Numbered from the whole stretch's first letter, positions 24,665 through 37,087 are shown. The stretch is 63,101 bases of DNA, filler included, from Octopus bimaculoides (GCF_001194135.2; 4 parts of 4 records of this genome joined end to end with filler, not necessarily neighbours in it), one strand, 5' to 3'. Numbers and translations: made by a program. The notes: a model not told the origin generated them from the sequence alone.

Positions 24665-25147
24665 TTATTGAATTGATAGTGCCTTGCGTAGTATGTGGGC
24701 TGTTCCTAGCAGGGCTATTTTTTCGATTGTGTGTAGTGTTGAAGATCCAGGTATAGCTTCTACGTTTTTGTTCAGGTTTTTTTTTATTATGCCCAATGCT
24801 CCAATTATTGCTGACATTTTCTTCACCTCCCCAACCCACATCTTGAATACTTCAGTTTTGAGGTCTTTGTATTTTGACAATTTTTCCACTTCTTTTTTGG
24901 TCAATATTTTGGTCAGAATGGACTGCAATGTCTATCAGTAAGTAGTTTTTTTTTCCAATCCTTGATTATTATGTCTGGGCGATTAGCTTTTATTTCTTTG
25001 TCAGTTTGAACAAGTATATCGCAGATTATTGTTGCCTGGCTATTGTCATGTACCTTGTTTGGCACATCTTTGTACTTCTTTTTTTTTTGGTCAGGTTTTA
25101 TGTTGCAATGTTGGCATATTGTCAGGTGGATATAACTACTTACTCCG
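24665..25147 (-). pseudogene. Non-LTR retrotransposon restriction-like endonuclease (RLE) C-terminus, R4/NeSL/HERO-like
   Basis: Reads ..YIHLTIC..NRPDIIIKDW..LIDIAV..DQN..KKEVEKLSKYKDL..IIGALG..LLGTAHILRKALS (PD..D..K motif); frameshifted. Confidence 0.8.
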
Positions 25148-26154
25148 TTGTTGATTAGATTTTTCTATTTGGAACACAATCACTCTTTTTATTTCTTTCT
25201 CGTTTATCTCTCTCTCTCCCCTTTCTCCCGCCTTTCCCCTCTTCTTCACATTAATCTTCTTCCATTTTTGTTCTCTATCTTTTTCTCTACTCTCTTCGTT
25301 CTCTCATATTTCACCTCGGATTGCATCCATTGTCTCCATCTCGGCCTTTTTATTTCTCTCTTATATTACAATACGAAATACTGTTTGTGCCATTCCCAAA
25401 ATACAGACACAAGACATACACATTCACATATGTACATCCAAGAATATCATTTTAAAGACAGTTTATTAAAGAGGTATTTTTTTTAGTTTATTTTCGGAAT
25501 GGAGAGATGAATGTGTTTGACCCTTCCGATCCTAGAAAAGTACTCAGATATATTTCATTACAACCGGGAGGACAAGATCCAAAAGCCTGTGTCATCTGAC
25601 GGAATAAGATACAATGGAACTCAATCTGGTTCTTTTGTGACCGTACCTAACGCCACTGACACGCACATTTACATACAATGCATACACGCACATACACACA
25701 GATATATAAAGAGATTTATATATATATATATATATATNNNNNNNNNNNNNNNNNNNNNNNNNNNNNNNNNNNNNNNNNNNNNNNNNNNNNNNNNNNNNNN
25801 NNNNNNNNNNNNNNNNNNNNNNNNNNNNTATATATATGTGTGTGTGTATAGGCAGATAAAACATAATTGTTACACAGTCTTACATTTATTTCATTAACAT
25901 AAGGTGATTAGTTGTTACATAACGTAAATTACATAATCATGATATCAAATCGTCAGAAATGTGTAACTTTTATAAGTAACATTACAGAATTAACAGAGGT
26001 TGACTGAATCAAACATCGTGGAAATGGTCAGTGACTCCACGATGGTTGATTTTTTTCAACATCTTTTTTTTTCACATGATCAGCCGTGACGAGAATTATT
26101 TTTGATCAATGGCATTCCAGTTGAGAACATCCCGTCTTTTTCCGGCACAGTGTA

Positions 26155-26510
26155 TCTAGCACTACATTATATAAAGTGTCCTTCAGATATATTGTATGAA
26201 GAACTGCATTATCCATTGTTTTTCTGGCATAATGTACCTCAGATTACATTACCCAATGTGTTTTTCGAAAATATTGTGCATAGGACTGCATTATGCAGTG
26301 TGTCCTTCAGACATTGTGTATCTTGGACTACATTATATAATGTTTCCTTTAGACAAAATGTATGAAAAACTACATTAACCGATGTGTGCTCCAGATACAC
26401 AATATATAGAACTACATTAACTAATGTTTCTTCCAAATGTAGTAATCGTAGGACTACATTATTCAATGTTCCCTACAAACATTGTGTATCTTGGACTATA
26501 TTATACAATG
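26155..26510. repeat. Diverged 42-bp minisatellite (~9 units)
   Basis: ACT(A/G)CATTA-like anchor at 26161, 26203, 26243, 26285, 26327, 26369, 26411, 26453 and 26495. Confidence 0.85.
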
Positions 26511-26861
26511 TATACATCAAACGTTGGGTGTCTAAGCCTTAATTTCTAAACCAATGCATGCTTCCTTTTTTTTTTTAATTTTAGGTTGTGATGTGAAAAA
26601 AATTATATTTGGTTGATATTTCCATCAAGTCAATCGTCTACGTAGAGGCTTTTCGGTTGGTGGAAGTCGTTGAAAAATGATTGAGTGATAGACTGCTATT
26701 TAATTTACTCTATCTACTGTCTGGCAATTTGAATTCATCCGTATTGAGGGCAATAAAACAGCTGGTACTGAAGTTGAAACTGCTGACTAACTCTTCGCAT
26801 CTCAAAATATCTGGCCTTGTGCCTAAATCTGAAAGACTTATTATTATTATTATTATCTATA

Positions 26862-28150
26862 ATTAGTCTCGGGTGACTAGCAGAATCATTAATGCGTCGT
26901 AGAAAATGCTTAACAGCATTTCTTCCAACTCATTACATTCTTGGTTCAAATCCTATCGAGGTCGACTTTGCCTTTTGTGGTCGATAAAATAAATACCAGT
27001 TGAGACTGGGGTTGGTGTGATCGACTAACCCATCCACCCCGACTAAATCTGCCGGCTCTTTTAGAGTTCAAATCTAGCTCGGGTCAACTTTGTATTTCAT
27101 CTCTGCGAGCTCTATAAAAATGAAGTACCAGTCAAGCGCTGGGGTCGATCTAATCCCATCTCAGTAAAATTACTGACCCTGTACCTAAATTTGAAGCCAT
27201 TATCGTTATTATGAATGCGGTGATCTGGTTGAGCCTCTAAGACACCGGACAAAATGCTTAGCGACATTTCGCCTGTCTTTAAGTCCTAAATTCAATTTCC
27301 ACTGTTGACTTTCCTTTTCATCCTTTCAGGAGTTGATAAAGAATTATCGGCTGAACACAGAGATCGATATAATCGACTAACCCCCTCCCCCAACACTCCA
27401 GGCCTTGTGTCTATAATAGAAATGGTTGTTATTATTATTAAGGCGGTGAGTTGGCAGAATCGTTAGAGCGTCAGAAAAAAAATGCTTAGCAATATTTTTT
27501 CGACTTCCAGAGTTCAATTCCTGCCGAAATCGACTTTGCCTTTCATCTTTTCAGCATTGATAAAATAAGGTACCAGTCAAGCAGTGGGGCTGATAAAATT
27601 AACCAACCGTCTCTCCCTAAAAAATTGCCGACCTCGTGACAAAATTTAAAACAATTATTGTTAAGCAGCGAGTTGGGCAGAAAGTTAGCATACCAGACAG
27701 AATGCTTAGCAGCGTACAGTTCCATCTTTAGTTTCTATCTTCAAATTCCGCCAAATTTGACTTTGCCTTTAATTCTTTCGAAGTGGAAACCGTTGAGCTG
27801 ACTAATCTCTACCCCTGAAATTCTTGGCCTTTCACCAAAATTAGGCCGACGGATTATCAGACTACTTAGAGCACCCTGCCGTGCTTGTTTCTTCTCTTTA
27901 TGTAGTTATTTCAAATACAGTCGAAGTCAAGTTTTCCTTTCATTCTTCCAGCACCGATAAAATACTTTCTACTCTAGGCACAAGACCTGAAATTTTGGGA
28001 GAGCGGCCATCCGATTAGGTACTTAATTTATCGACCCCGAAAGGATGAAAGCAAAGTCGACCTCGGCGGAATTTGAACTCAGAACGTCGCGACGCTAACG
28101 TTTCTGCCAGCTCGGTGCTTCCAGCACCGATAAAATAAAATACCAGTCAA
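26862..28150. mobile_element. Cluster of ~6-7 SINE family B copies
   Basis: Repeated GTCGACTTTGCCTTT / GACTTTGCCTTTCATC cores joined by (ATT)n tails; one copy is inverted near 27960-28110. Confidence 0.75.
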
Positions 28151-28509
28151 GTACAGAATTCTATTAAATCGTCTAATTCCTATTCCTAAATTTATGGTCT
28201 TCAAAGAAACAATTACGTCTTTTGCAATAGGTATTTCAGAATACGGCTTCCATTATTTACGGACCACTTCATTATTTTCCTATCTCTAGTTCTTAATGTT
28301 AGCGGAAGCAGGTGATGGTTAGCCGTCCCAGAATTCACTAGGATTTAACAAAACAAATCTCAACTAATAATGTTGCTGACGTTTCAAATCATTATACTTT
28401 ATCTCCATTATACTACTTCTATGTAGTCAAAGTGAATTCGTGATGAATAAATAACGTTTTTTAATGTCAGTCATTTTGGCTAGCACAAAATTCCTTTTAC
28501 TGCAAACAG

Positions 28510-28556
28510 TTGTAAATTGACAGAGCTCAAATCAACATATGACGATAAGACTGCAG
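28510..28556 (+). CDS. Putative 47-nt exon
   Basis: TTCCTTTTACTGCAAACAG acceptor and a consensus CAG|GTAAGT donor. Open in phase 2 to 1: CKLTELKSTYDDKTA. Confidence 0.4.
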
Positions 28557-30600
28557 GTAAGTAAATTTTCTCGGTTATTATTTTATTATCTGTATTAATT
28601 TATTTATGTATAATATCTTAATAATGAATTTCAGAAATTTATAAGAATTCAAATCAGGATTTGAGCCACTTTTTTTTTTTTTTAATAATAAAATCAGGAT
28701 ATCAAACAATAACGAAAAATATGGTAGGGGAGGACGTAATAATAATAATAATGATACGACCTTCTAATTACAAAATGGCTTTCAAAACGAGACGTTTTGT
28801 TTATTTATTCGTGTTTTGTTTGATGATATGTTCGTATGTTTGTCATTTTTCAAATTGCAATTTGCTTTGGAATTGTCTTCTCTTTTCGTATATTTTATGG
28901 TCCATTACTGCTACTTTGTTCAGAAGTATTGTTAAAAGCGGCGAGGTGGGTTTGTATCCGTGCCGTATCGAGTGTTTAGTTTTAGTTCTTCTCTAAACAA
29001 TTTTTCTAAATTGAAAACTCAATTCCATTCACCCACTCCCTGCATTTTTTTTTTTTTTGTGTTTTTTTTTGTTTTTTTAAATAATTATTTTTAATATTGT
29101 TTTTAAATGCTATTANNNNNNNNNNNNNNNNNNNNNNNNNNNNNNNNNNNNNNNNNNNNNNNNNNNNNNNNNNNNNNNNNNNNNNNNNNNNNNNNNNNNN
29201 NNNNNNNNNNNNNNNCTCTATTCACTTCATTTAAGTATTGATGTCAATGTATTAAGGACGGAAAGAGAAAGATACAGAAGAGATCGTCTGGTCATAATTC
29301 ATTGAAGTCCATTTCTTTTTTTATGAACCAGAGAGAGGGAGAGAGAGGGAGAGTAAGTAGGAAGGGATGGAAATGAAAGAGTTAGATAGAATAAGAGATA
29401 TATAAAAGAAAAACAGAGGGAAAAGTAGAGTAAGGGGGAAAGATCATTGACTCTTTTAATTCATTGAAGTCGTGATGTCCATGAATGAGAGAGGGTGATA
29501 TCGTCTGCTCATTGACGTCACTGAATATCAAAAAAAGTACAGTTTCTTTCTTCTTTCTTCTTTCTTTCTCTTTCTCAATCTCTGTTATCCTTCGCTCTTT
29601 TTCTCTCATTCGCTTTTCTTTTTGCTTCTCTCTTTTTCTCCCCCTCCCCCATCCTTTAGGTATTTCACACAACTTCTAATTCTCGTTCCGTTCTCTATCC
29701 ACACATCTATCTTTCTTTCTATCTAATTCTTCTCTCAGTTTCTTTCGCGTCGCTTGTATCTTCGTTTTGATTTTGTTTTAATACTTGTAGATTGTCAAGG
29801 CATAAAAAAAATAATATTTTCATTGAAAAGTTTCAGCTGTCGAGACATTTCTACTCCATGACAACTTTTATTATAATCATCGTCGTCAAGGAAGTCTGTG
29901 CAGTTACAGAAACGATAGAGCGTCGCACTAAATGTCTTATACTATTTAAGTTCGTCCTTGTACGTTCTGAATGATCCCATAGGGATCGATTTTCGCCTTT
30001 TATCTCTTTGGTGTCTGTCTTGATATCGATTCACAGATTCTTTGAGTTCTTTCTAAATTTTTGGCATCGTGCTAATTTGAAAGACTTCATTAGCCATGTC
30101 ATCCAAGGTCAGACAGCTGGTTTTATGCTAATTCGATTCTTTGAAACACACTGCTTCTTGATTAATAACATATTTTAATTAAATTTTAATAGTTTAATTA
30201 TGTTTAATAAAGTTTAGTTAACATTTAACAAGAATGACATTATACAGTTAAAAGTTTTTTATCTTTTATTTGTTAGGTTTAAAGCAATTTTTTTAGTAAT
30301 TTAAAAAAATATTAAATGAAGAATGTCATTTTTTATAAATATTGTAATGAATATTTTAATTTACATAAAATGCGATATAACGCCATGGTTTCAGGCTAAT
30401 TGCTTTGCGCTCGTCTGTGAGTTTGGGGTACTAAGTTCCAGCATAGCTGGAACACACAGCTTTTCATCTCTCTGGGGTCAATAAATAAGGTTATTTCAAT
30501 AATACACGGTCCCTACAAAACTGTTTGCATGCTTAGGGAAATATACCATGCCGAGTTTTTTAGAAACCGAAGTACCTGACTATACTGTTCTCGTTTTCAG

Positions 30601-30674
30601 TCATGCTGGAAGTGAATTTGGTCCAGACTTTTGCTGGGGAGTGGTTTAGAATGGAATGGCAGTCGATAGAATAG
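30601..30674 (+). CDS. Possible terminal coding exon of the plus-strand gene
   Basis: Strong CTGTTCTCGTTTTCAG acceptor. In phase 1 it reads (V)MLEVNLVQTFAGEWFRMEWQSIE-stop. Linkage to the upstream exons is inferred from phase only. Confidence 0.2.
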
Positions 30675-30764
30675 ATAACACATACCATGGGTTGGCTGTG
30701 CCTACCCTACGAACTTTTAGCGTCGTACCGAAATACAGTTTCTTCTTTCTTTCTCTCACATCGA

Positions 30765-31115
30765 CACCAGTACATGACTGGTATTTGTTTTATTGACCTT
30801 GAAAGGATGAAAGGCAAAGTCGACCTCAGTTGAATTTGAACTCAGAACGTGATGACGGACGAAATGCCATTCTGCAGTTTGCCCGGCGTCCTAACGAAGT
30901 TAGAGATTAATCTTCTATCAAATAGTGAGCTCGTCAAACGAAATGCTTGATGACATTTCTTCGGCTTCACGTTTTGAATTAAAATTCCTCGAGGTTGACT
31001 TTGTCTTTCATCCTTTCGGAGTCGATATAATAAATACTACTTGATCAGTGGAGTCGATGTGATCGACTAGCCCTCACCCTACTAAAATTTCAAGCCTTGA
31101 GCCTTTAATAGAATT
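30765..31115. mobile_element. Two SINE family B copies in opposite orientation
   Basis: Minus copy ~30765-30895 and plus copy ~30930-31115. Confidence 0.65.
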
Positions 31116-31269
31116 ATTAGTACTATCTCTTTCGCTTTTACGACATCGTTTCCCTCTTTCCCCCCAACACTTTTTACGGAAAAGGCCGATCTTTGGTAAA
31201 GATCGCCGAAGACACTTTTTACGGAAAAAGGCGAATCTTTGGTACTGGTATCGTAAAATCGCCCACGAC

Positions 31270-31490
31270 TTTCTCTCACTCTATCTTCCTGTTTCTGCTG
31301 TGCCTGTAATTCAAAGGACCAGCCTTATCACACTCTATGTCACGCTGAATATCCCCGAGAACTACGTTAAGGGTACACGTGTCTGTGGAGTGCTCAACCA
31401 CTTGCACGTTAATTTCACGAGCAGGCTGTTCCGTTGATCGGATCAACTGGAACGCTCGTCGTCGTAAGCGACGGAGTGCCAACAGCAACA
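31270..31490 (+). mobile_element. SINE family C 3' half
   Basis: Matches 19800-20005. Confidence 0.8.
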
Positions 31491-31636
31491 ATAATCATCC
31501 CTCTACATTCCACGTTGAAACGTTCAAATTCCACCAGCGTCAATTTCGTATTTTATCCTTCCGTAGTTCTATTGATTAGCTTTTGGATACGTTACGTACA
31601 AAAGGTTGATGCAGTCGACTTTATTTCTCTATTATC

Positions 31637-31980
31637 TACAATTAATGTAAGTCATTTACCCTTTTGATACCAACCCGACTGATCCTGTTATACAAATTGC
31701 CTGTTTTAAAGTGATCTAAATTAAGATTTTCCTTGAGTATCTCGTGTTAATTTATGTTCAAAACACTTGCTAAACAATGACAGTTACTTTACTAAATTCT
31801 TTATTTTCAAAATTAATTGAAACAAAGACAATGCGTTTCAACAGAAATATCGTAACAAACCATATTTTTTTTGTTGAAACACGCGGCCTTTGTTCCAATT
31901 AATTTCGAAAATAATTACGAATTAATATTAAGCTAGTGTTTAGAACATAAATTAAGATGAAATTTTGATGAAAAGGGAAC
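31637..31980. mobile_element. Degenerate palindromic MITE
   Basis: Inverted blocks TTAATTTATGTTCAAAACACTTGCT / AGCTAGTGTTTAGAACATAAATTAA and AATTAATTGAAACAAAG / CTTTGTTCCAATTAATT; CCCTTT..AAAGGG-like ends. Confidence 0.55.
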
Positions 31981-32514
31981 AATTAACATGATAGCGAAAA
32001 CATTTCTTTTTAAGTAATTCATCGATTTAAATCTCATTTAACTTGTTTCTTACATAAACATCAAATTAGAGACTTTTAGATTTCGTGCGAATTTTAGATC
32101 TGATGCGAGTAATAGTAATGTCGGTGTAAGGTAAACATTCACCGATTCTGATTTCACTATAGATCGGATTTTTTTTTTTTCGTTTTTCTCTTTTTTCGAT
32201 TTGTGTTCAAATACCTCCGTAATCAACTTTGCTTTACATTCTTTCGGAGCTGATAAAATAAAATACCAGCCAAGCTCTAACGTCAGCGATTGTGTTGCTT
32301 CTTGTTCTCAGTTCAAACCGCACCACCCACCAAAAAATAAAACTACTGTCCTTGAGCCTATATCAGAAATTATTATATAAATCGGTGGAAATATTTTGAA
32401 TATGTTATTGATTTCTAAACTTCGAACAGGACGTGAAATTTGTAAGAGAATGATTAAAATCGATTCAGAAAATTTGACTCTGTCACGTGCTATCAACGTA
32501 TTTTACCACAATGG

Positions 32515-32715
32515 ATGAATAGTTCTGCATTTTGGCACAAGGCCTGCAATTTCCGGGTAGGGCTTTAGTCGATTATATCGACCCCAGCACTCAACTGGTA
32601 CTTATTTTATCGACCCCAGAAGGATGAATCGCAAAGGTGACCTTCGTGAAATTTGTACTCAGAAAGTAAAGACGGACGAAATGCCGCTAAGAATTTTGCT
32701 AACGATTCTACCAGC
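32515..32715 (-). mobile_element. SINE family B
   Basis: Family B motifs. Confidence 0.7.
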
Positions 32716-33964
32716 TCTTCACCCATATTAATAGTATAAAAAGTAGAACTGGCCTCCGTGGATGAGATGCACACTCGGTACATAGAACATGAGTATTCCT
32801 AATTCGGTATTTAGTCTGACATTCTCCCATACCTGCAAGTCGACCGTCTTATTTCGATAATATCATCAAAAAAGTTAATAGATGGAAATAAAATATAGAA
32901 GTAAATATTTCTTTGTTTACAAATCTGGTCGCTATTTGAACCGGTTTTGTACTATTTAAGACAAGCACGATTTAATTGATCCTAATACTAGACCGACACC
33001 TTTTCGATTCTTAAAGGATAAAAAGAAACAAAGTTGACCTCGGTGAAGTTTGAACTCGGAACAAGAAGTACCGTAACTAAACACTTCAACTTAGTTTCTT
33101 ATGCTCTTCGCCCAACTGACGACTTTAAGGTCTCCCTCTCCTAGGTCTTGTTGGCTTTGAATTGTCATCGATGCACCCGTCCATTTTTTTTCTAGGAAGG
33201 GGTGTTCGCCCTGCGCAAACCTATTTTTACCTCTGATAACAAGTGGTCCATGTTAATTTGGCCTCTATTCTTCGATCTGTCCAGCACAGGAAGCTCTACT
33301 AGGAATTTGCACTCTCTCAGGATCATTGATACACTCAAGCTAGCACATCGCAACACAGACGGGATCTTTTAGTGCAAAGAATTCAATCGAAGCGTACAAC
33401 TCCGGCTGCCCACTGAAATTCTTTTTGTCAATTAAACTGTAAGAAAGTCAACAAAATGCACGCGCTGTAACGATTTCCCCTATCAAATATTCAATATCTG
33501 TAAGAAATTGTATTCGTATTTGATTTTTCTATTTAGTGTGACTCTGCTGTATCGAACTGATTTTATTGATCATATAACTTGTAGCTCACCCAGCATATGA
33601 CATATTGAAAACGGTTGGGTTGTATATTTTGCATCGATATCAGACTAATAATCTGTAACGTGAGTGACTCTTTCTGGCTCTCTGGATATTTTAAATTACG
33701 TCAGAGGAGCCTGCTATTTTTCTCTGTAATTGAGAAATCTCTGTCAGGAATTGTGACCTACAGGTAGTATTAGTGGCGCAAAAATCAATGGACAGCTAGT
33801 ATCTTTAGTTCGGTTAGAAAACGAGCTGCTACGCGATTATCACTTACGAAGTCTTCTTTAAACAGTCAGATGTCAGTTTACCAGCAAAGAAACAAATCGG
33901 TTATTAACAAAAGCACTCCCGAGATCGCAAACCTCCGCCAAGACAACAACAACATCTTCTAAAC

Positions 33965-34256
33965 GGTTAGCCAGAATTGATTTTTGAAATGAGAATATCT
34001 GAAATGAACCTGACTGCTCTCAAAAATTAAGTAAAAAAACAGGAAAAATAATCCAGATTCCTTGTTCGGTATCTGATTGATCCCCAAATCTAATCAGTTC
34101 GTACAAGTCACAAGGCCAAACATCCCTGAAAGTTTCATCCGAATCCATTCAGCGGTTCTTGAGATATCTTGTCCACGGACGGACAAACAAACAAACACCA
34201 CTGAAAACAATACCTTCGCCAAGGTAGCGGTAATAAGAATTGAAATTAATGCATGC
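33965..34256 (+). mobile_element. Helentron-associated non-autonomous element (HINE/DINE-1-like)
   Basis: AAAGTTTCATCCGAATCCATTCAGCGGTTCTTGAGATATC core, GGAC/AAAC microsatellite, and a 3' end ACAATACCTTCGCCAAGGT..GGTAATAA. Confidence 0.55.
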
Positions 34257-34908
34257 AAGATTTCACAGCTCCCGCATCATAGTCAGCCTTTGAAGTTTTC
34301 AACCCGCCCTCGTACTAAAAGCCACCNNNNNNNNNNNNNNNNNNNNNNNNNNNNNNNNNNNNNNNNNNNNNNNNNNNNNNNNNNNNNNNNNNNNNNNNNN
34401 NNNNNNNNNNNNNNNNNNNNNNNNNNNNNNNNNNNNNNNNNNNNNNNNNNNNNNNNNNNNNNNNNNNNNNNNNNNNNNNNNNNNNNNNNNNNNNNNNNNN
34501 NNNNNNNNNNNNNNNNNNNNNNNNNNNNNNNNNNNNNNNNNNNNNNNNNNNNNNNNNNNNNNNNNNNNNNNNNNNNNNNNNNNNNNNNNNNNNNNNNNNN
34601 NNNNNNNNNNNNNNNNNNNNNNNNNNNNNNNNNNNNNNNNNNNNNNNNNNNNNNNNNNNNNNNNNNNNNNNNNNNNNNNNNNNNNNNNNNNNNNNNNNNN
34701 NNNNNNNNNNNNNNNNNNNNNNNNNNNNNNNNNNNNNNNNNNNNNNNNNNNNNNNNNNNNNNNNNNNNNNNNNNNNNNNNNNNNNNNNNNNNNNNNNNNN
34801 NNNNNNNNNNNNNNNNNNNNNNNNNNNNNNNNNNNNNNNNNNNNNNNNNNNNNNNNNNNNNNNNNNNNNNNNNNNNNNNNNNNNNNNNNNNNNNNNNNNN
34901 NNNNNNNN

Positions 34909-34961
<53 letters not shown>

Positions 34962-35211
34962 TTTGTTTCTCTCTCCGACCTATTTTTGTTTCGTCTTTTA
35001 CCTTTGTTTCTCTTTCCGAGTTTTTACGTCTCTCTCTTCCGCCCTATTTTTGACCACTTTCCCCTCCATGTTTCTTTCTATGTATCCTTTTTCTCTCTCT
35101 CTTTCTGTATTACTTTGCTTTCTAACCCTCTGTCGACCTCTCTATATAGCCACTTTCCTCTCTTTCCACTAGTCCTTCCGTTCTCTCTTTTTCTCTCCAC
35201 AGATCATTTCA

Positions 35212-35253
<42 letters not shown>

Positions 35254-35310
35254 CAGGCCATTCCATTCGCTCTCTCTCTCTCTCTCTCTCTCTCTCCACA
35301 GGCCATTCCA

Positions 35311-35410
35311 NNNNNNNNNNNNNNNNNNNNNNNNNNNNNNNNNNNNNNNNNNNNTTAATTAATTAANNNNNNNNNNNNNNNNNNNNNNNNNNNNNNNNNN
35401 NNNNNNNNNN
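35311..35410. other. Assembly join spacer
   Basis: Same 44+12+44 layout. Confidence 0.9.
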
Positions 35411-35461
<51 letters not shown>

Positions 35462-36158
35462 TATATATATAGTTTTCATTTATATACGGCATAACAGTTT
35501 GTTTCTACAGTTATTTGGAATAATTGAAGACATAAAAATGAAATTTGTAGCATACTTCATTTGAATTTTCTGAATTTTCTTCCAAATTCTGAATCACTAT
35601 TTGTGAATGTAAAACTGGTATCCATCATAATGTTACAGATAGAGTAACCTTTACGACATAGGAAAAAGTATCCCCCAAATCAGAGAGTGCAACTATTACT
35701 CTGTTAAGCAACTGTTTATCAAATGAAGCCACCTGTTTTCACAAATGCAGTAATAAGATTTGCATTGAAATTCTCACTTAAATATGAATAGGTTATTTGG
35801 GACAGTTTGATGTTATAAGCCAACAAAATTTTCAAGCAGTTTGGTAATAAAAGGATTAAGCAGAACTTTGGCAAAATCCAGCACTATCAAAGAATTATTT
35901 TGACTGAGAATGAGACAATTGAAAACAGGAGTTAAAAATAAAAACATTTTGGGAGCTGAGAAAGAATTTTCACAAAGAAGTTAGTCCTTACAAATCATGT
36001 TTGTTCTTAAGTTTATTGTGAGAGAACAGATGGATTTTATATATGAGCAAAAGTTAGAAACAGTCAAAAGGTTTAAGAATAGAATGAGAAATGTTCTATA
36101 TCAATAACTTGTTGAAAGGCTAAGGGAAAAAAAGTGTTTCATACTAAAAATTTGTTAC

Positions 36159-36290
36159 CATTTTCAAAAGGAGATGCATTGATTTGACTTGGTTCATCAA
36201 TCACAACTGAGTTGGTTTCTGTAACCATTCCAGACATGGGACTATAAAGTTCACTCACAGATTTCACACTTTCGATCTCACCACACTGCT
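36159..36290 (-). CDS. GCSH: GCSH exon 4 (132 nt) with lipoyl-lysine
   Basis: TCTTTTATAG acceptor and GTAACA donor. Encodes (Q)QCGEIESVKSVSELYSPMSGMVTETNSVVIDEPSQINASPFEN(G). The lipoylated Lys of ESVK is the AAA codon at 36262-36264. Confidence 0.95.
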
Positions 36291-37020
36291 CTATAAAAGA
36301 ATAAAAAATAGAATGAAATTAACAAACGATCATATAATAAATAATCAGTAACATATGCTCGTAATGGAATACACTCAATGTCACAAAAGCATAGTTTGAT
36401 AAGATTAATGATAGTACAGATAGAGCAGAAATAAGAATCAGATGTCTAAATCCCAGTTTTATCTTCATTATAATTAACTTCTGAAAACACAATGGTTATG
36501 ATTGAAGAAAGCAATTCTTAATTGTCTAACTTCACACGTGCATGAGCATCTTTGTCAATCTATTGTTGGAAATGTTTGGCTACACAGAAGTACTAACTCA
36601 GTTCCTGCATCTTTAGTAAAGGTACCATTGAACAGCTGGAATCTGCTCTACATTGATTAAATAAAGAGAGTGAAGACAAGTGAAAAAAAATCTATCCTGA
36701 AAATACTTAGACAAGAACAACCATCACATATCTGATTCTTCTTATATATACACGTATATACACACACATACATACATGGTGTTTTACACTTTTTATTATA
36801 AGAGAGAATTTTTTCTCCACAGTAACTGCAGCGAATTTGCCTTTAGAAGTTGAACTATATCACAAACTAACCTAAAATTCACTTATGCTTAAACACTGCT
36901 TGGCACTGACACTACTGTATATATATATATATATNNNNNNNNNNNNNNNNNNNNNNNNNNNNNNNNNNNNNNNNNNNNNNNNNNNNNNNCAAAAAATAAC
37001 AACAAAAACACAAAGGATTC

Positions 37021-37087
37021 TGCGGTATACGTGTTTCAAGCTTTATAGCAGTGTATAATTGACAATACAAAGCTATCTTCAGCCGCA
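37021..37087 (-). ncRNA. Minimal type I hammerhead ribozyme motif (left arm; sense to GCSH pre-mRNA)
   Basis: TGCGG-CTGAAGA-T-AGCTTTGTA..TATAAAGCT-T-GAAA-CACGTA-T-A-CCGCA. Perfect helix I, intact core boxes; helix III is one substitution from the palindrome. Confidence 0.75.

Noticed and set aside
26155-26510. 42-bp array as a CRISPR array or C2H2 zinc-finger cluster
   Set aside because: No constant repeat with unique spacers and no cas genes in a eukaryotic context; no CxxC/HxxxH pattern in any frame.
31167-31244. 32-bp direct repeat (period ~45) with a GATCTTT/AAAGATC hairpin
   Set aside because: Only two units between SINEs; consistent with a local slippage duplication and no further signal.
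35719-35732. AAAACAG|GTGGCTTC as GCSH exon 5
   Set aside because: In the required phase it reads G-G-F-I-stop, lacks the conserved Trp and C-terminal helix, and has a poor pyrimidine tract.
36159-36290. Bacterial horizontal origin of GCSH because of the Firmicute-like KSVSELY motif
   Set aside because: Exon sizes and phases match animal GCSH structure and a mitochondrial presequence is present.
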